Below are positions 13,163-28,519 of a stretch of 64,000 nt of DNA, one piece after another (position 1 is the stretch's first letter; the number at the start of each line of letters is the position of its first letter). Both the position numbers and the translations under genes were made by a program. The DNA is taken from assembly GCF_009914755.1 (NCBI RefSeq), contig NC_060926.1; one strand, given 5' to 3'. Source of the DNA: the human T2T-CHM13v2.0 reference genome, Homo sapiens. Below the pieces are notes generated by a model. That model searched no databases. It had not been told where the DNA came from and was given only the letters and a program-made list of their open reading frames with translations.

Positions 13163-14197
13163 AAAGACATTATATAGTTTGTGAACTTCCTAGACGACAG
13201 GATGCAGTAGCAGTACCCACAGGATTGAGCGCAGCTGCTGTGAAGCCATTCCATTAAGCGTGCTTGGAGGCAGGATAGCTTTGCATTCAATTCTGTCCTC
13301 CTATCTTTGCTACTTTCCTCAGCAGTCTCAACCACACAGCCATACCCTTCTGGAGACTGGAAAGATTGCCCCAGCAGGAGTGCCCCTGGGAAAGTCCTAA
13401 ATCAAGCACCCAGAAATACTCAGGCAAGTACACTTAATGATGTTGATGGAAATAGGGTAGTGATGATTAACAGAAGCAAAAGAGAGATAGGAGAAAGAAA
13501 ATATGAAGAATCAAGGAAGGAGAAATCAAAGAACTATAGAGAGCTGAAAAGGTGGCTTGGTAATTTATTTTTCAGTATGGGTCAGTGTGCCTGATAAACT
13601 CAAGAGATTCTCCCCAAGCTCAGAGGAAAAGGGAAAATAAATTGAGAGAGCTAAGGTATGAGACAAAGCCAAAGCCAGAATATCCAAAATACTGATGGAG
13701 TGCTCAGAAAAAAAGCAGAGAGCTGATAGAAGAGAAACTTCTTATATCCCCCAACAGGAGGAACTAGTGATGGGAAGAGGGTGTTATGCCTCCCACAAGT
13801 CTATAAGGTGGAGAGGATCTTGTTTAAAGAGACTATGAAAGGTGCAAGGATAAACTTGCATTCTGTGACAGACATCCAAACCCTCACCTTGAACTTCTCA
13901 TACCACCCCCACCCCCTGCTTCCAAACTCCATTGAAGAACCAAAGGAAAATAATGGTAGGGGAAACTCTATGTCATTGTTCAAAACTGAAAGAAGGATTC
14001 CACCCACATGCCAGACGTTTTAAGGAATTTCTGTAAGACTTAATGCAGATGAGACCAGTTTGACAGAAGGATTTGACAACCTTCAATTCACCTCAGAGAA
14101 AAGCCTCTCCAGGGAAGGACCCCCGCCCCCAACCCCAGACTCAGTAATGCTCCCAAATTGGTCATGACAAGAGCTGCAGGCAAAAATAAACCACAGA

Positions 14198-14530
<333 letters not shown>

Positions 14531-15234
14531 TCATGTGGGGCAAGTCTCCATCCTCTTGAAACATTTAGGAAGTGCCCAGGTACTGGGGTGCATACAGAGC
14601 AGGGATCCCACTGAGGGGATCCTAATTTGGTGCCTGGTACAGAGACATCATTGCTGGGGGGCAGTGGCGAAGGCAGCCACACAAGCTCCTTGCTGGCTTT
14701 ATGTGTTTACAACAGTGGGGAAAAGAAACTCTTCAATATGAAGGCGAAACTCTGCTCTCTTGGGGGCCCCCACAGAGCACCACTGGCTCTTAATAGTTTT
14801 CTTTCATCTCTTTATTCCACATGTGTCCATTGCAAGCCTGTTGTGTTCCAGGCACTGGGTTAGGCACTTGTCGACAATGGAGAAGTGAAGTGTTTTCTGC
14901 TTTGTGGAGCTACTCAGGCAAAAGAATCAGGTTACCTCCAAAGTTAAAAAAAATCATAACTGACATTGACATTTGACATAATTGCCAAAGTAAACAAAGC
15001 AATACCCATGGAATTTTGAAGGGAAATGATTGTGACACAAAATTCTGTTTCTTACCAACATATTTCAGATAATCTATTTAAAAGTAAACCATTTATGTAC
15101 CACTCCAAATGAAAACGAAAGAATCCACAGAAAATATTCCAGCCAAGCAAATAAACTCAATAAAGTGAAAGAAATGTCAGTGAATGACAGCAATAAAATT
15201 TAATGTTGAACCTAACTCCTGATTTTTAATATGT

Positions 15235-15690
15235 TGTACTGCTCACTGTTGGTTGTCAATAGGATGGAGATTTTACTTTCCTTCCTGCTAACAGAATCCC
15301 AATTTTGTTTGGTTGACAGCATGCCTCTGCCCACAGGAGGAGGCACGACAATCCCTTGGCCTTTGCTGATGATTGGCCTCGGGGCAGGCACATGACTAAA
15401 TCTGGCCAATGAAATGTCAGGGGGAGTCTCCTGTTAGGCTTTTTGGGAAGGAATTTGCTTCTTGATAAAGTCAAGCAAGGTAGCTTGACTTTCTGCCTCA
15501 AAGTTGGTTGTCAAAAGATGAAATATCTGGAGTTGTGGCATCCATCTTGTGACTCTGAGGAGGAGGCCAACAGAATCTGAGACATGCCCACCTTGATATT
15601 GAAGAGCTAGCTGCTGAGCCAGCCCTGGACCTGTTTCTTTCACCCATGTTTCTATGTGGGATAATTACATGTCCATAATGTCTGAGATAT
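15235..15690 (+). mobile_element. MLT1J/K/L-type MaLR LTR
   Basis: cactgttggttg...ctgctaacagaatcccaattttgtt...catgactaaatctggccaatga...gcatccatcttgtgac. Confidence 0.6.
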
Positions 15691-15845
15691 GGAAGAGCGT
15701 TCTAAAACAGTATACATGGATTAGGAGTTGGGACTAAATAATAATAAAGTAAATCTAAAGGCCCATATTATTGTCTTAGAAATTGGGAGGACGGGGTGGC
15801 GTAGGAGAAGGGAAAGTAAAAATGTGCTTGTATTTGCTTGTTTTT

Positions 15846-16184
15846 CCTTCCTTCCTTCCTTCCTTCCTTCCTTCCTTCCTTCCTTCCTTCCTTCCTTCCT
15901 TCCTTCCTTTCTTCCAAGTCTTGCCCTCTCACCCAGGCTGGAGTGCAATGGTGCAATCTTGGTTCACCTCCACCTCCTGGATTCAAGCAATTCTCCCACC
16001 TCAGCCTCCTAAGTAGCTGGGATTACAGGCATATGCCACGAGACCTGGCTTATTTTTGTATTTTTAGTAGAGATGGCGTTTCACTATGTTGGCCAGGGTG
16101 GTCTCAAACTCCTGACCACAGGTGATCTGCCTGCCTCGGCCTCCCAAACTGCTGGGATTACAGGTGTGAGCCACGGTACCAGGC
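15846..16184 (-). mobile_element. AluS with (TTCC)n microsatellite tail
   Basis: (TTCC)n at 15846-15912 followed by an antisense Alu body. Confidence 0.9.
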
Positions 16185-16727
16185 TCATCTTTTGTTGAAG
16201 AGAATTAATAGCTACCGTGAAATCTTTCCTCTGACAGAGAAATTTAAAATTTATTTAAAAATTTAAAGGTAACTAGTAATAGAATAAAAATAGAATTTAT
16301 CCACATTTCTAAAAGAACAAAGAGAGTGAGCAAGAGATGTTGTGTGTAACATTAATGTAGCAAGAAGAAAGAACAAGGAAAATCCCAAGATAGAAAAGCC
16401 AGGAAGCATATAAAATATGATCAGATGGTAGAAGTAAACACAAATATATCTGTGTTCTCGTTAATCATGAGTAGGTTTAACTGCTCCTTTAAAATACAAA
16501 ATCTGACGAGAGGCTTATAAGAAATACACCCAATAGTGATTTATATCACTATTAAGCAAAAACCATTGCTCAGTAAATGCAAACCAAACAAAACCTGGGG
16601 AGGTGATACAATGAGGAGAAAACTAAAATTCACAACAAAAAGGAAATTAATATATACACAGGATCATTTTAGTCAAAACTGTTAGAAATATAAGAAAACC
16701 TACAAGGACAAATTTATAATTCCTTTG

Positions 16728-17150
16728 TATTGGTAGATTGTAACATGAATGGCCCCCAGTGAAGCAAACTTCCCATTACCCCCTCCTTGTGTAGTCCCCT
16801 CCCACATGGACTGTGGGTTTGGCCATGAGACTTACTTTGGTTGATGGAATGTGAGTAAAGAGAATGATGCATGCAGAGACTCCATAAACTCCTGTGCATT
16901 AGGGCTTGTGCTCTTGGAATGTTTCTGCATCATGAACAGCTGCCAATCTAGTCTACTAGAGGCTAATGAGGGGCTGCATGGAGCACAGCCCCCATTACTG
17001 AACCCAGCCCCCCACCCCACCTACCAGTTGAATTTGGCTGTAAGAGTGAACCCAGTCAACCCATAGAATTGTGATAAATAATAAAATGCCATTGTTTTAA
17101 GTCACTAAATTTTAGTGGGGCTTGTTGTGCAGCAGTAAGTAATGACCACA
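16728..17150 (+). mobile_element. MLT1F/G/H-type MaLR LTR
   Basis: tgtagtcccctcccacat...ttggccatgagacttactttgg...ttgttttaagtcactaaatttt...gcagcagtaagtaatgaccaca. Confidence 0.75.
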
Positions 17151-17373
17151 CTTTGTCAAACCCGAGCATCTCTTTCTGTCTGTGGCTCCTCAAAAGGAAA
17201 AATTAAGTAAAGTTATGATTAATTTGAATAATTTGTCCGATATAATTAATACATACAAATCAACATTTTCTACTCTGTAAATATATATTCCTTTCAAGTA
17301 TCTTTAGAAGATTTTAAAGAAATGATCATATGCCAACCCTCAGAATCTTAAGTAATTCTAAGAAAACACTTTT

Positions 17374-17658
<285 letters not shown>

Positions 17659-20629
17659 TTAGGTTATAGCCATTGACTATAATACAATTAAACTAGAACT
17701 TAATAACAAAAGGACAACTTAAACATCTAATCACTTGGAAATAAATTTTTTAATCCATATTACTCTTGGATCAAAGAGAAAATGTATGCTACAAAATGGT
17801 TATGAAAGCAAAATCAAAACATTTGGGATTCAGCTAAAGTTATATGCAAAGAAAAATTTGTAGACACAAATTTTCTTTTATTATCAAGAAACTAAACTCA
17901 CTAAATTAACAATTTGACTGAAATGAGAAGGAAAAAGCAATAAAGTAAAACTATGGAAGGCAAAAATATGGGTTTACAATTAAAGCATACCTTAATGAAT
18001 TTAAAGATTGGAAAGAAATGCAAGAGCATTTTGAAAATAATGAAACCATAACAAGACTAATCATGAACAGTAGTGAGAAAATTGAAAATGCACAACGTTG
18101 GGAATGAGAAGTGGCATAGAAAAGGTGTTTTAATTATAAGAAAATATGTAATTGAATGTTAATGAATTTTAAAATTTTATTAAAATTAATAAATTTTCCA
18201 GGAAAATATAATTGCTAAATTGACTCAAGAACTAGAAAACTTGAAAAGACTAATAATCAAAGAAGAAAGGGATATGTTGTTAAATAATTACTTTATAAAA
18301 AAGGCCTGTTCCATAGAGTTATACCGTGGATTTCTTTTCACTCAAGAAATTTAATGTTCTTGCTGTTTAAAATATTCCAGAACATTAAAAAAGAATGAAA
18401 AAGGTCCCAATTCAGCTTTTGAAGCTAAAGTAACCCCGATACCCCAAACTAACTAAATTAGCAAAAACAAAAAGCAAAAAAAGAAAACAGAAGATCGATC
18501 GGACCTAAGAGTATAGATGAAAAAAGGTAAATAAAATGCTAGCAAATCAAAACTAAAATGTTATTAAAAATAATACACTGTGACCAAGTAGAGTTTGTTC
18601 TAGTAATTCAGATAATGTTTCATTAATATAAATAATTACATCTTAAAATCAAAGATAAAACTTATAATTATCTACAGTGGCTGGAAAATTTCTTTGTTAA
18701 CTAGAAACAGGGTATTTCATTTATGTAAAGAATACCTCTGTTAAATCAGCATTGATAAAATCCTTCATATTAAGACATTTGAAGTATTCCTATTAATGGG
18801 ACCAAACAAGGATGCCAATTTAACCACAATTATATAACATTTTCCATACAGTTTGATTTGTGTGAAGAATCTTAGAATCTTAAGGTTTTTTGATACTGAG
18901 TACATTTATCCATTCTTTCCCCACTTCAAACAAGGTATTGTTTGAAATAATACTTTTATCATATGGCAAATTCTTTAACATTCTTGGTTCCACGCCCCCC
19001 CCCAGGACTTATATTCTGTATTAATTATTTCTCTATCTCTGTCCCCTCCCACAACTTCACACTGTTTTGCATTAGTTTAACTTCATAATGTGTTCTTACG
19101 ACTATTTTAAATCACACATACACACATACACACACTCCCCCAAACTTCCCTACAGAAAAGTTTTACCAATTAACATTCCTACCAGCTGTGTGGTAGGCTG
19201 TTTCCAACATTGGGCCTTTTTCCCCAAGCCAAGTTAATATAAATTATTGATTTTTTGGGTCACCTACAGCTTGGAGAATCTGGTGAAAACTACGAACTGT
19301 TTTGCCTACTACTCCCATATATATTTATATTTATATCCACATCTCTATATACCAAATTGCACATATTATTATAGGTGTTTATAGACTCTCTGGAGTTTAT
19401 GATGGATCCCAGGTTAACAACATCTGCAGTAAATATTCATCTATACTTATTCTTGCACATTTATATTTTACATTTTTAGCTCTTTAATTCAATGGAAATG
19501 TATTTTGATGACTATTTACAATATATTCCTAAAAATGTACAGTATGATCCAATTTTTGTCCCTCCCCATAAATATATTATATACATGCATAGAGAAACAG
19601 AAAGCTGCAGATATAGCAAAATGTTTCAATACTATGGGTGGTAAAATTGAGTGATTCTTTGTCTATTCTCTGTTTCTTTATTTAAATTTTCCACAATAAA
19701 TCTATTTCGCTTTTGTAATAAGAAACAGATTAATTTCTTTCAGAAGGAAAAGCAGTGAGAATGGTTTGGTTGGTTACAGAGCTACAGGAATGAGAGGTGG
19801 GAGAGTTTCTCTTCCTTTGTGGGTAGAGATGATTAGGGGGTCGTGGAGAGTGAAGTTTGAACATCAACTGTTTGCACTGGTGCACCAGGGCAGGCAGGAA
19901 TCAGAGGCTGTCTGGGCCAATCTCACTGCCTGGACACAGGCGCCTCAGTGTGAACCGGGGCCTGTGATGGGCCGATACTGCTCGTTCCTGGAACAAGGGC
20001 CCTGTGTCTTCCACTGTCCAACACAAAGGACAGAGTTCCCCTGTTTACTTTGGATTAGAAATGTTCAAATGAAGGACAGCAACAACATTTGAGTTTTTCC
20101 TCTTTTCAGTTTCTTACAAAAAAACAAATTGTAGTAAGTCAGAGATTTTTTTGGCATCTTCGGTGAATAAAATCAATCAGACTAGATCGCTGAAGGAGTC
20201 TTAAAGAGCTTCCCTTGTTTACTATGTTTTTTAGATTTATGGCTTAAAGCTTAAGAAGTAGCAGTGACTGACTAGGCCTCTGAATTGTCCATTCATTTCC
20301 CAAGAAATGAGGCATTCCCAATTCCTTGGTCAGTTGGGCGAAGTGACCTTTGACCTTTGGCAATAAGCTCATTCTAGGCTGGAAGTAATCACATAATTAT
20401 GGAAACACTCCTTCCTTTTGTCCAACCTCCCACACACTTCGAAATACTCCTTTCCTTTCAGATGCTCATTCAAAACCCCCCTCAATTAGACCTGCTAAGA
20501 CATAGAGTTTGTATCAGACATAGAAGTCTTTAAATCATCAAAGTCTAAGTGGTCCCATGTTGAAAGACTGTGCCTAACACTATAGGGAATAAGACCTTGA
20601 ATACCATGGTGGTAAGGTGGAAACTGTGT

Positions 20630-20850
20630 GGCCTTTTGTGATGTCTGGGTTCAAATCTTAGCTCCAGCACTAATGGCTAAGGACAACTTTCTGAACGTTT
20701 CTGATCGTCAATTTCCTTACCTGTAAAATGGGGGATATGATAGTACCCAGCATATAAAGTCATTATGAAGATCAAATGAGATGATGTGTATGAAAGGGTG
20801 TAAGTCAGAGCCTGGCATATGAAAATCACTCAATGCATAGTGGCTGCCAT
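20630..20850 (+). mobile_element. MIR
   Basis: ctgggttcaaatcttagctcc...tttccttacctgtaaaatggggat. Confidence 0.8.
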
Positions 20851-21316
20851 CACTGCTGTGACTTGCAACTGTTGTCACCTCACGTGGAATAGGTGGTTAC
20901 AGCATTCGCCCAGTCCAGGAAGATGGGGCTAACCTGGTGTGTGTATAGGACTAGAAAAGTAGTTTGCCAGGACAGTGATTTTCTGTCTGATACTGGCTTG
21001 TAGTTGGGTAACTACCATAATATCAGTAATTACCAAAGGAAGTGGATATAGAAATCCTGGGGAAGGGCTTTTGTACTCCATATCTCCCCTGCTCTTCCAG
21101 TACTGTGAGAGTGAGAATGCCCATCTGTGATGAGAGGTGCTCCGACAGGGATGTGATGTGCACATGAATGATACAGAAAGGGGAAAGGGAGCCTGCTAAT
21201 TTTGATCCATTTTATCATCTTCTGCCCTGTCAGCTCTAACCATTACTAACATCATCAGGGGCAAGTATCTGAAGTGACATTTGCTTGTTGTATCCCAGGT
21301 CATAAGGGTTCCTCAG

Positions 21317-21846
21317 TGTGACGGTTAATCTTATATGTCAACTTGACAGGGCTAAGGTATGCCCAAATAGCTGTGTGTGTCTGTGAGGTTGTTTCCGGAG
21401 GAGATTAGCCTTTGAATTGGTAAACAGAGTAAAAATCTGCCCTCATCAATAAAAGTGGGTATCACCCTACCCAAGCAGGGCCTGAATAGAATTAAAAGGT
21501 GGAGGAAGGGCAAATTTCTTCTGATTGAGCTGAGACATCCACCTTCTCCTGGTCTTGGACATCAGCATTCCTGGTTCTTGGGTCCTCAGACATGAACGGG
21601 GGCTTACACCATTGGCCCTCACTTCTTGAATCTTTGAACTGAGACTGGGACTTACAACCTTGGCTCCCCTCGTTCTCAGCCCTTAAGGCTTGGACTGGAA
21701 CTACATCACTGGCTTAGCTGGGATGGCAGATTTGGGACTTCTTAGCTTCAGTAATGGTGTGAGCCAAGCCCTCCTAATAAATCTCTTTCTCTGTATCTTC
21801 ATAGCCCCTATTGTTCTTGTTTCTCTGGAGAACTTTGAGTCATATA
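21317..21846 (+). mobile_element. MLT2 (ERVL) solo LTR
   Basis: tgtgacggttaatcttatatgtcaacttgac ... aataaatctc ... tctctggagaac; 5-bp TSD CTCAG at 21312-21316 and 21847-21851. Confidence 0.85.
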
Positions 21847-21998
21847 CTCAGTCTGCCCTTTTGGGGGTGCTATGCAGAGTTGAATCTCCAAAGGTCTGAC
21901 ACAAGGAGTGGAATCACGAGCACCATGGCAGGGCCTTCCCACTTCTTTTTATCTTGAGTTTCTACTGGCCACCAGCAGGAATGCAGAAAGGAAAAGTG

Positions 21999-22582
21999 TA
22001 GTAAATCCTCATTTAACATCATTGATGGGTTCTTGGAAATTGCAATGTATAACAAAACCAGTTTTACCATAGGCTAATTGACATAAACAAGAGTTAAGTT
22101 CTTACGGCATATTTCTGGTTACAAAAACATCACCAAACTTCTGAATAAAGACTAAAACACTTCTAGTATTAAACATTGAAATAAATGTGAGCTATACTGA
22201 CATTTAAGAAAGATGAATAAAAACAAGTAAGATTATTATTTACCCACTTATTCCAGTTCAGCGGAAGGGGTGGCTGGAACCTACCCTGGCAGCTCAGAGC
22301 ACCAGGCAGGAACCAGCCCTGGACAGGGCACCGGCCCACCGTAGGGCGCTCATACACACACCCGCACTCACTCACTGGGGCCCTGTAGACACAACAAGGA
22401 ACCTGACATGCACATCTCTGGGATGTGGGAAGGAACTGGAGAGCCTGGAGAAAGCCCACACGGACACAGGGAGAATATGCAGACTCCACTCAGACAGTGG
22501 CTCCAGCCAGGAATTGATTTTTTTTTCTCATCAACATTACAACAAAACGATAGTGAACAAAACATTATTTGAGGACCCACTG
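21999..22582 (-). mobile_element. MER6A-like TcMar-Tigger non-autonomous transposon
   Basis: Both termini recognisable (agtaaatcctcatttaacatc...; ...aacattatttgaggacccactg); internal minus-strand tggagtctgcatattctccctgtgtccgtgtggg. Confidence 0.75.
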
Positions 22583-22854
22583 TGAACCAACAGATTTTAA
22601 GATACAGGCAAGATCACACAAAGAAAATCCCCTAAACATATGTCATTTCTTTACACATCACGTTTTCCGAATTCCGATGAGAACAAGCGTTTATTCCCCC
22701 ACAGGTAGATGAGCGATGTTGAGAGCAGAAGTGATTGCTCTGAGAAACTGTTGGAAAACCAAGAGTCTTAAAGTCAGTAATTTATTTGACGATTGATGCT
22801 TCAGGGGACAGGAGCTGTTTGTTGGGCTTCACGCTCACTTTAGAACCTTTCGTT

Positions 22855-23278
<424 letters not shown>

Positions 23279-23562
23279 TCACTTTCTCTCTCTGTTTACC
23301 AGCAATAGGAGAAAGTAAGCATCATAAGATTTTTTATTTAATGTTAACGTCATTGATTTTAAGAGATCTTTATGTTGTCGTTTTTTCTTGTTTTAATTAA
23401 AAACCTAAATCTAGTTGACCTTATTCAGATGTAATTCACTTAACTTTTTTCCCACTGTGTGTGCTTGTATTTTAAATTAACAACAATCCTTTGACTTCTG
23501 TGCTGATCTGAAAGGTGTTTTATCCTGCCATTTTATTTCTTACTGTTAGATAACTGGACCTC

Positions 23563-23563
<1 letters not shown>

Positions 23564-23613
<50 letters not shown>
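23564..23613 (+). repeat. (TG)25 microsatellite
   Basis: Uninterrupted TG run. Confidence 0.97.
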
Positions 23614-23619
<6 letters not shown>

Positions 23620-23959
23620 TGCAAGCATTTTTATAAACTTGACAATGTATGTTTGCAAATATAGTAGTAAGTAACTCAGCATAATCCAGTTCTTGCCCAT
23701 GACACAGCCTTCACCTATGCTCTGAAACTGCACCTCAGATCTGAGAAAAATGTGCCCGCCTGGTCCTTGACTTAGATATCACTAAAGATCTGGCCATCAG
23801 CCTCTTCCTGATGCCAGACACAAGTCAGGTGAGTAACCTGCTTCTCCAGTTGGGCAGGACTTTGGGATTCCCCTGGATGAGACTCCTGGGTGGGATAGAT
23901 CCCCTGATATTACTGTTGGATCACACCGAATGAGATAACCAAATTTTCCTTCTCATGGT

Positions 23960-24160
23960 GCCACTTACAAAGGGCTTCTGAATAATTATCTGTTTGATCC
24001 TTACACCAACCCTAGGAGGTGAAGCTACTAATGTTATCCCCAATTTAAAGATGTGAAAACTGAGACTCACGGAAACTAGGTGACTTGTCTAGGGTCACAC
24101 AGCCAGGAAATGTCAAGGTGAGAATTTGAACCCTGGCCTTCTGAACTTGAGATCCAGGGC
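23960..24160 (-). mobile_element. MIR
   Basis: ttatccccaatttaaagatgtgaaaactgagactc...gtgacttgtctagggtcacacagc. Confidence 0.78.
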
Positions 24161-25285
24161 CTGGCACAGAGTGGGCCCAGCAGACATTTCTTCTTCCCAT
24201 CACACCTGCCATGAGCTAAAGAAAAGTCATCACTTCTGTCTTGTAGGACCGGCTCTTCAGGGAAGGACATCCCCACAACCAGGACCCCTGGCAAAGAGGA
24301 ATTAAAGACCCAGTTGTGTTGTGATGTTCATTATTCAGATCTCGGAGCGCTCACGGATCTCTTGGATGTCCCCTGCCAGCTCAACTGATGAGACTGCTAC
24401 TTTATGTACCACTGCTTGAAAAAGAAGGGAATCTCCTATTTCTCACACAGGATAACAGTTGAGAGTCATTGCCACAATAAAACAGACATGTTAGCGGTCA
24501 GGTTCATATAAGGACTAAGCGGCCCCATGAATCACATAGGACTGGCTAATCCTAGGACACTCCTCTCTGTGGTTTGCTAGGTAGCAGAGAGGGGAAGCTA
24601 AATAGTAGTTTCTAATAACAACTGGGAAGGCTTTTTCTTTTTAAATAAAAATGGAATTGGCATAATTGGGAATGAAGATAAAGCTTGGAACCAAGTTAGA
24701 GAAGGCAAAGTGTACGTAGAAGAGCTGTTACAAATATAAAACTTGGCTGCGTTCTTTGTGAAGGCTCAAACTTGGGAAGGTTAAATACCATAAATTTTTT
24801 CATTTGTTCTGTATTTTGATCCTGAAAAGAAAGCTGGCTTTGCCCATGTATTACTTTAAAAACTTGGGGGAAAGGAGAAGAAAGGGACAAGTTTTTAAAA
24901 ACTGTTTGAAAACATTACAGCTGAAAGAAGCTACATAGGAGCTGGGTAGAGAACCTAGTGACTAAGAGAATGAGGAATGCCGAGTACGCATCCTGTGGGC
25001 GGGGCTCTACCCTTGCCGCTTTCACGTACGGGAATCTTGACACCAAACATGTTCTCACATGCATGGTGGTGTGAATGATTTGAAGGAATTTGTAGTTAGT
25101 ATAAGGAAGAACCTGGAACATGTTTAATGATTTACCCCAGGAGATCATAATAAACAATGTAAAATTTGGGAGACATCTCTGAGTTCCCTGGCTCTTGCAG
25201 AATTCAGCTGGGCAGTCAGAACCAGTACTGTGCCCTCGGGTATGTCTCTGGAAGTCCCAGGAAGATAAGAGATATCTAGACATGA

Positions 25286-25660
<375 letters not shown>

Positions 25661-28519
25661 CCCCTCCTTCTAATTCTATTAGAATTATTCCCACACTTAC
25701 TGCATTCTCATATTCTCAGAAGCACGCACACACACACACACAAACAACCTTCCATGCTTCCAAGTTTAAATGACTCCTGTTAACTCCTAGTTGCCTTTAA
25801 GGGCTCAGCCAAAACCTCACCTTTTCAGGGGCCCCCTTGATTCCTCAAACATGGTCAGGGCCACCCATGGACTCTGATACTGCCCTATAGACCTCTCAGT
25901 GGCACTCATAGCACTTCCTTTGTCCCCATCTCAGCGTGTTTTGTCTGATCCCACAATGCAGGTATGGATGCCCGTCCACCCCAATATACCTCTCACTGGA
26001 TTCTCTTGGCCTTGCAGGCATCTTGGGGTGGTCAGTGGAAGGATCCCCAGAAGGATGTGGAGGCTGTGTGCCTCCTAGGTGGAAGTGGGAATCAAGCTGG
26101 GCATTGGAACCATGGGGATTGGGCTTAGAGAAGAAAGTCGCTGATTTTGTGAGCTCAACCACACAGCACCATCTTCCCAGCAGTGATAAGGCCTCTGATG
26201 GAGAGCTGCTAAGGTGCTGTGAAGTCCAGACACTAAGCCTGTGAACTTGGGTCCCTCAATGGGGGCTTGCCATAGTCAAGCATAGAAGGAGGGGCTCCTC
26301 CACAGAGGCCAGCCCCTGTGGGAGCCACCCAGTCTGAGGAATAGGGCTCTATCTCATTTTCCTGGATGACATCACCCAGGAATAGCAGGGATCAATGGAT
26401 GAACATCAACAGCCTGGGCTTCTCAAGCCAGATTTAATTTTTCAAGCCAGATTTAAAAGGTCTTTTCTTTCATCTAAATTTATAACTATTATGCCCATAG
26501 CACAAGTATAATTACATAAGGACTTCCAAAATTGTTAGTTTTCATGTCTACCTTCCTCTGTTAGAAGTGTATATACCTAGCACAAAGTCCAGAAGGTGCT
26601 TGATTCTCAATCAATATTCATTCAATGAATGAGTGAACTAATCCTTGAAACTCCTTAAATCTTCCAATAATCCCAAGCCCTTTTGTTGGAACCTTTGACC
26701 AAAACAAAGTCATAAAACCACCACTACCCCACATGTCTTTGGGAACTAGTCTATGTTAGCCCTGCAAGTCTGAAAGCTTAGCTTTGTTTTGTTTTGTTTT
26801 TATTTTTAAATTTTTTTTTCATACAGCGTCACTCTCAGGATATGACAGCATCACTTTTGAAAAACAGGTTGTTGTTTTTTTTTTTAAAAAGGTAAGAAGA
26901 CAACAAGGAGTCGGCCTCACACCCTATGGATTAGATTTCTTAATCAAGTGTTCACCTTCCACCTCTCGTGGTCCTACCATATCACCCTTTTCTCTTGTGT
27001 TTTTCCAGATTTAACTGCCTGATCAAATAGTTTTACAAGAATAAACTCAGGAAACAGGTTGAGAAATGAGCAGCTGAGACTGGAGTGTTCACTTTGCAAA
27101 GAACATACTACGAAAAGATCTGCACTCTAGGAGGTCTCAGCTGATGAGGAAGATGCTAGCACAGTGTCCTATGGTCAGAAAAGATGACCTGGCAAGAGGG
27201 GGAGTGGAGGAGAGGCAGGAAAGGGGATCCCTTCATGCTGAAATCAATGCAATGATGTCTGATATATACAGAAAAACAGGTCTTGTATAAATATGTCATT
27301 ATAAGTGACAAGATAATAACATTTTCTAGTGTATGGATTCTATTTCTTTATGTCATTCTGGTCAACCAAAAACAATCCTATTTGGCAGATTTCTGGCATT
27401 TTGCCTCTTCCCCTAATGACAGATCTAAACACATATATAAAAATAGGTGGCCACAAAGAAATAACTTCTGGCTTTAAATGTCATTTGGCTAGAAATGTCT
27501 CAGGCAGCCTCTCCCAACTTTCCTGTGATATCTTTGAAAACAAAGAGAAAGGCAAGAACTCAAAACAAGCACCAGAAACTTGACCCAATCAAAGTCTTAC
27601 CCAGATTCTTGGAAGCATTGTTCTTAATTACAAGGCAAGAAACATAGGATTGATACAAACCCATCCAAATTATGCCTCATGTAATAGAAGTCAGTGGGAA
27701 GCCAGCTGCCCCTATTTTCTTAGAGACACAGAGATTCACGGTCTGTACCAACCAGAACACTAAGCGGGCACCCATGTGCCATGGAAGTCCTGCTTTTTGA
27801 GGATGCCAGTACTACATCTATTTGGAGATAGCACCTCCCAGGAAATAACTGGCCAGGAAGTGTGTGTATACGTGGGGGAGGGGTAGGAAGAAGGAGAACC
27901 AGCAATTTGTACTGTATCTTGGGAGGTGTAACTTTAACTTTACAAGCTAAACACTACAGGCAAGGGTGGAGACAGGAAGATTCCTAATAGCAGGACACTC
28001 TATCAATTGCAGTTTTGCAGGTGACTCTGTGGGTCACAAGAATAGAGAACCAGATGGGGAATGTGCTACCTCAGTAGAATGAAAATGTTATTTGGTGCAT
28101 GTCTGCTAGAAACTGAAAATTGTTCTGGACTCATGCATGTCAACTTGTACTTCAGGTCTGAAAAGGGGATGCATATGTATAAAATTCAACAGAATGTACA
28201 AATAATTAAGATTAATAAGTGACCTGAGCAAGGATGCAGAATACAAGGTCAATTAATTTCTATGTACTAGCAATAAATAATTTTAAATGAAGTAAAAATA
28301 CTATATACAACATAAAATCATCCAATATTAAAGAATAAATACAATAGAATATGTTTAAGATCTCTACATTGAAAACTATAAAACACTGAAGGGAAAATGT
28401 TTAAAAGACCAAAATAAATGGAGGAATATACCATGTTTGTGGATCAAAGCATACAATATTGTTAAGACGTCAATCCTCACTAAATTCTATTGTAATCCCA
28501 ATCCAAATCCCAAATATTC

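Noticed and set aside
15721-16125. ORFs with (PSFL)n and (RKEG)n repeats
   Set aside because: Translation of the (TTCC)n Alu tail.
24483-25125. Isolated p53 half-sites (AGACATGTTA, AAACATGTTC, GAACATGTTT)
   Set aside because: No properly spaced, good-quality second half-site.
26424-26456. 15-bp direct repeat TCAAGCCAGATTTAA (similarly AGGAAGCACCAG at 9854 and 9889)
   Set aside because: Two copies only; ordinary slippage duplications rather than arrays.
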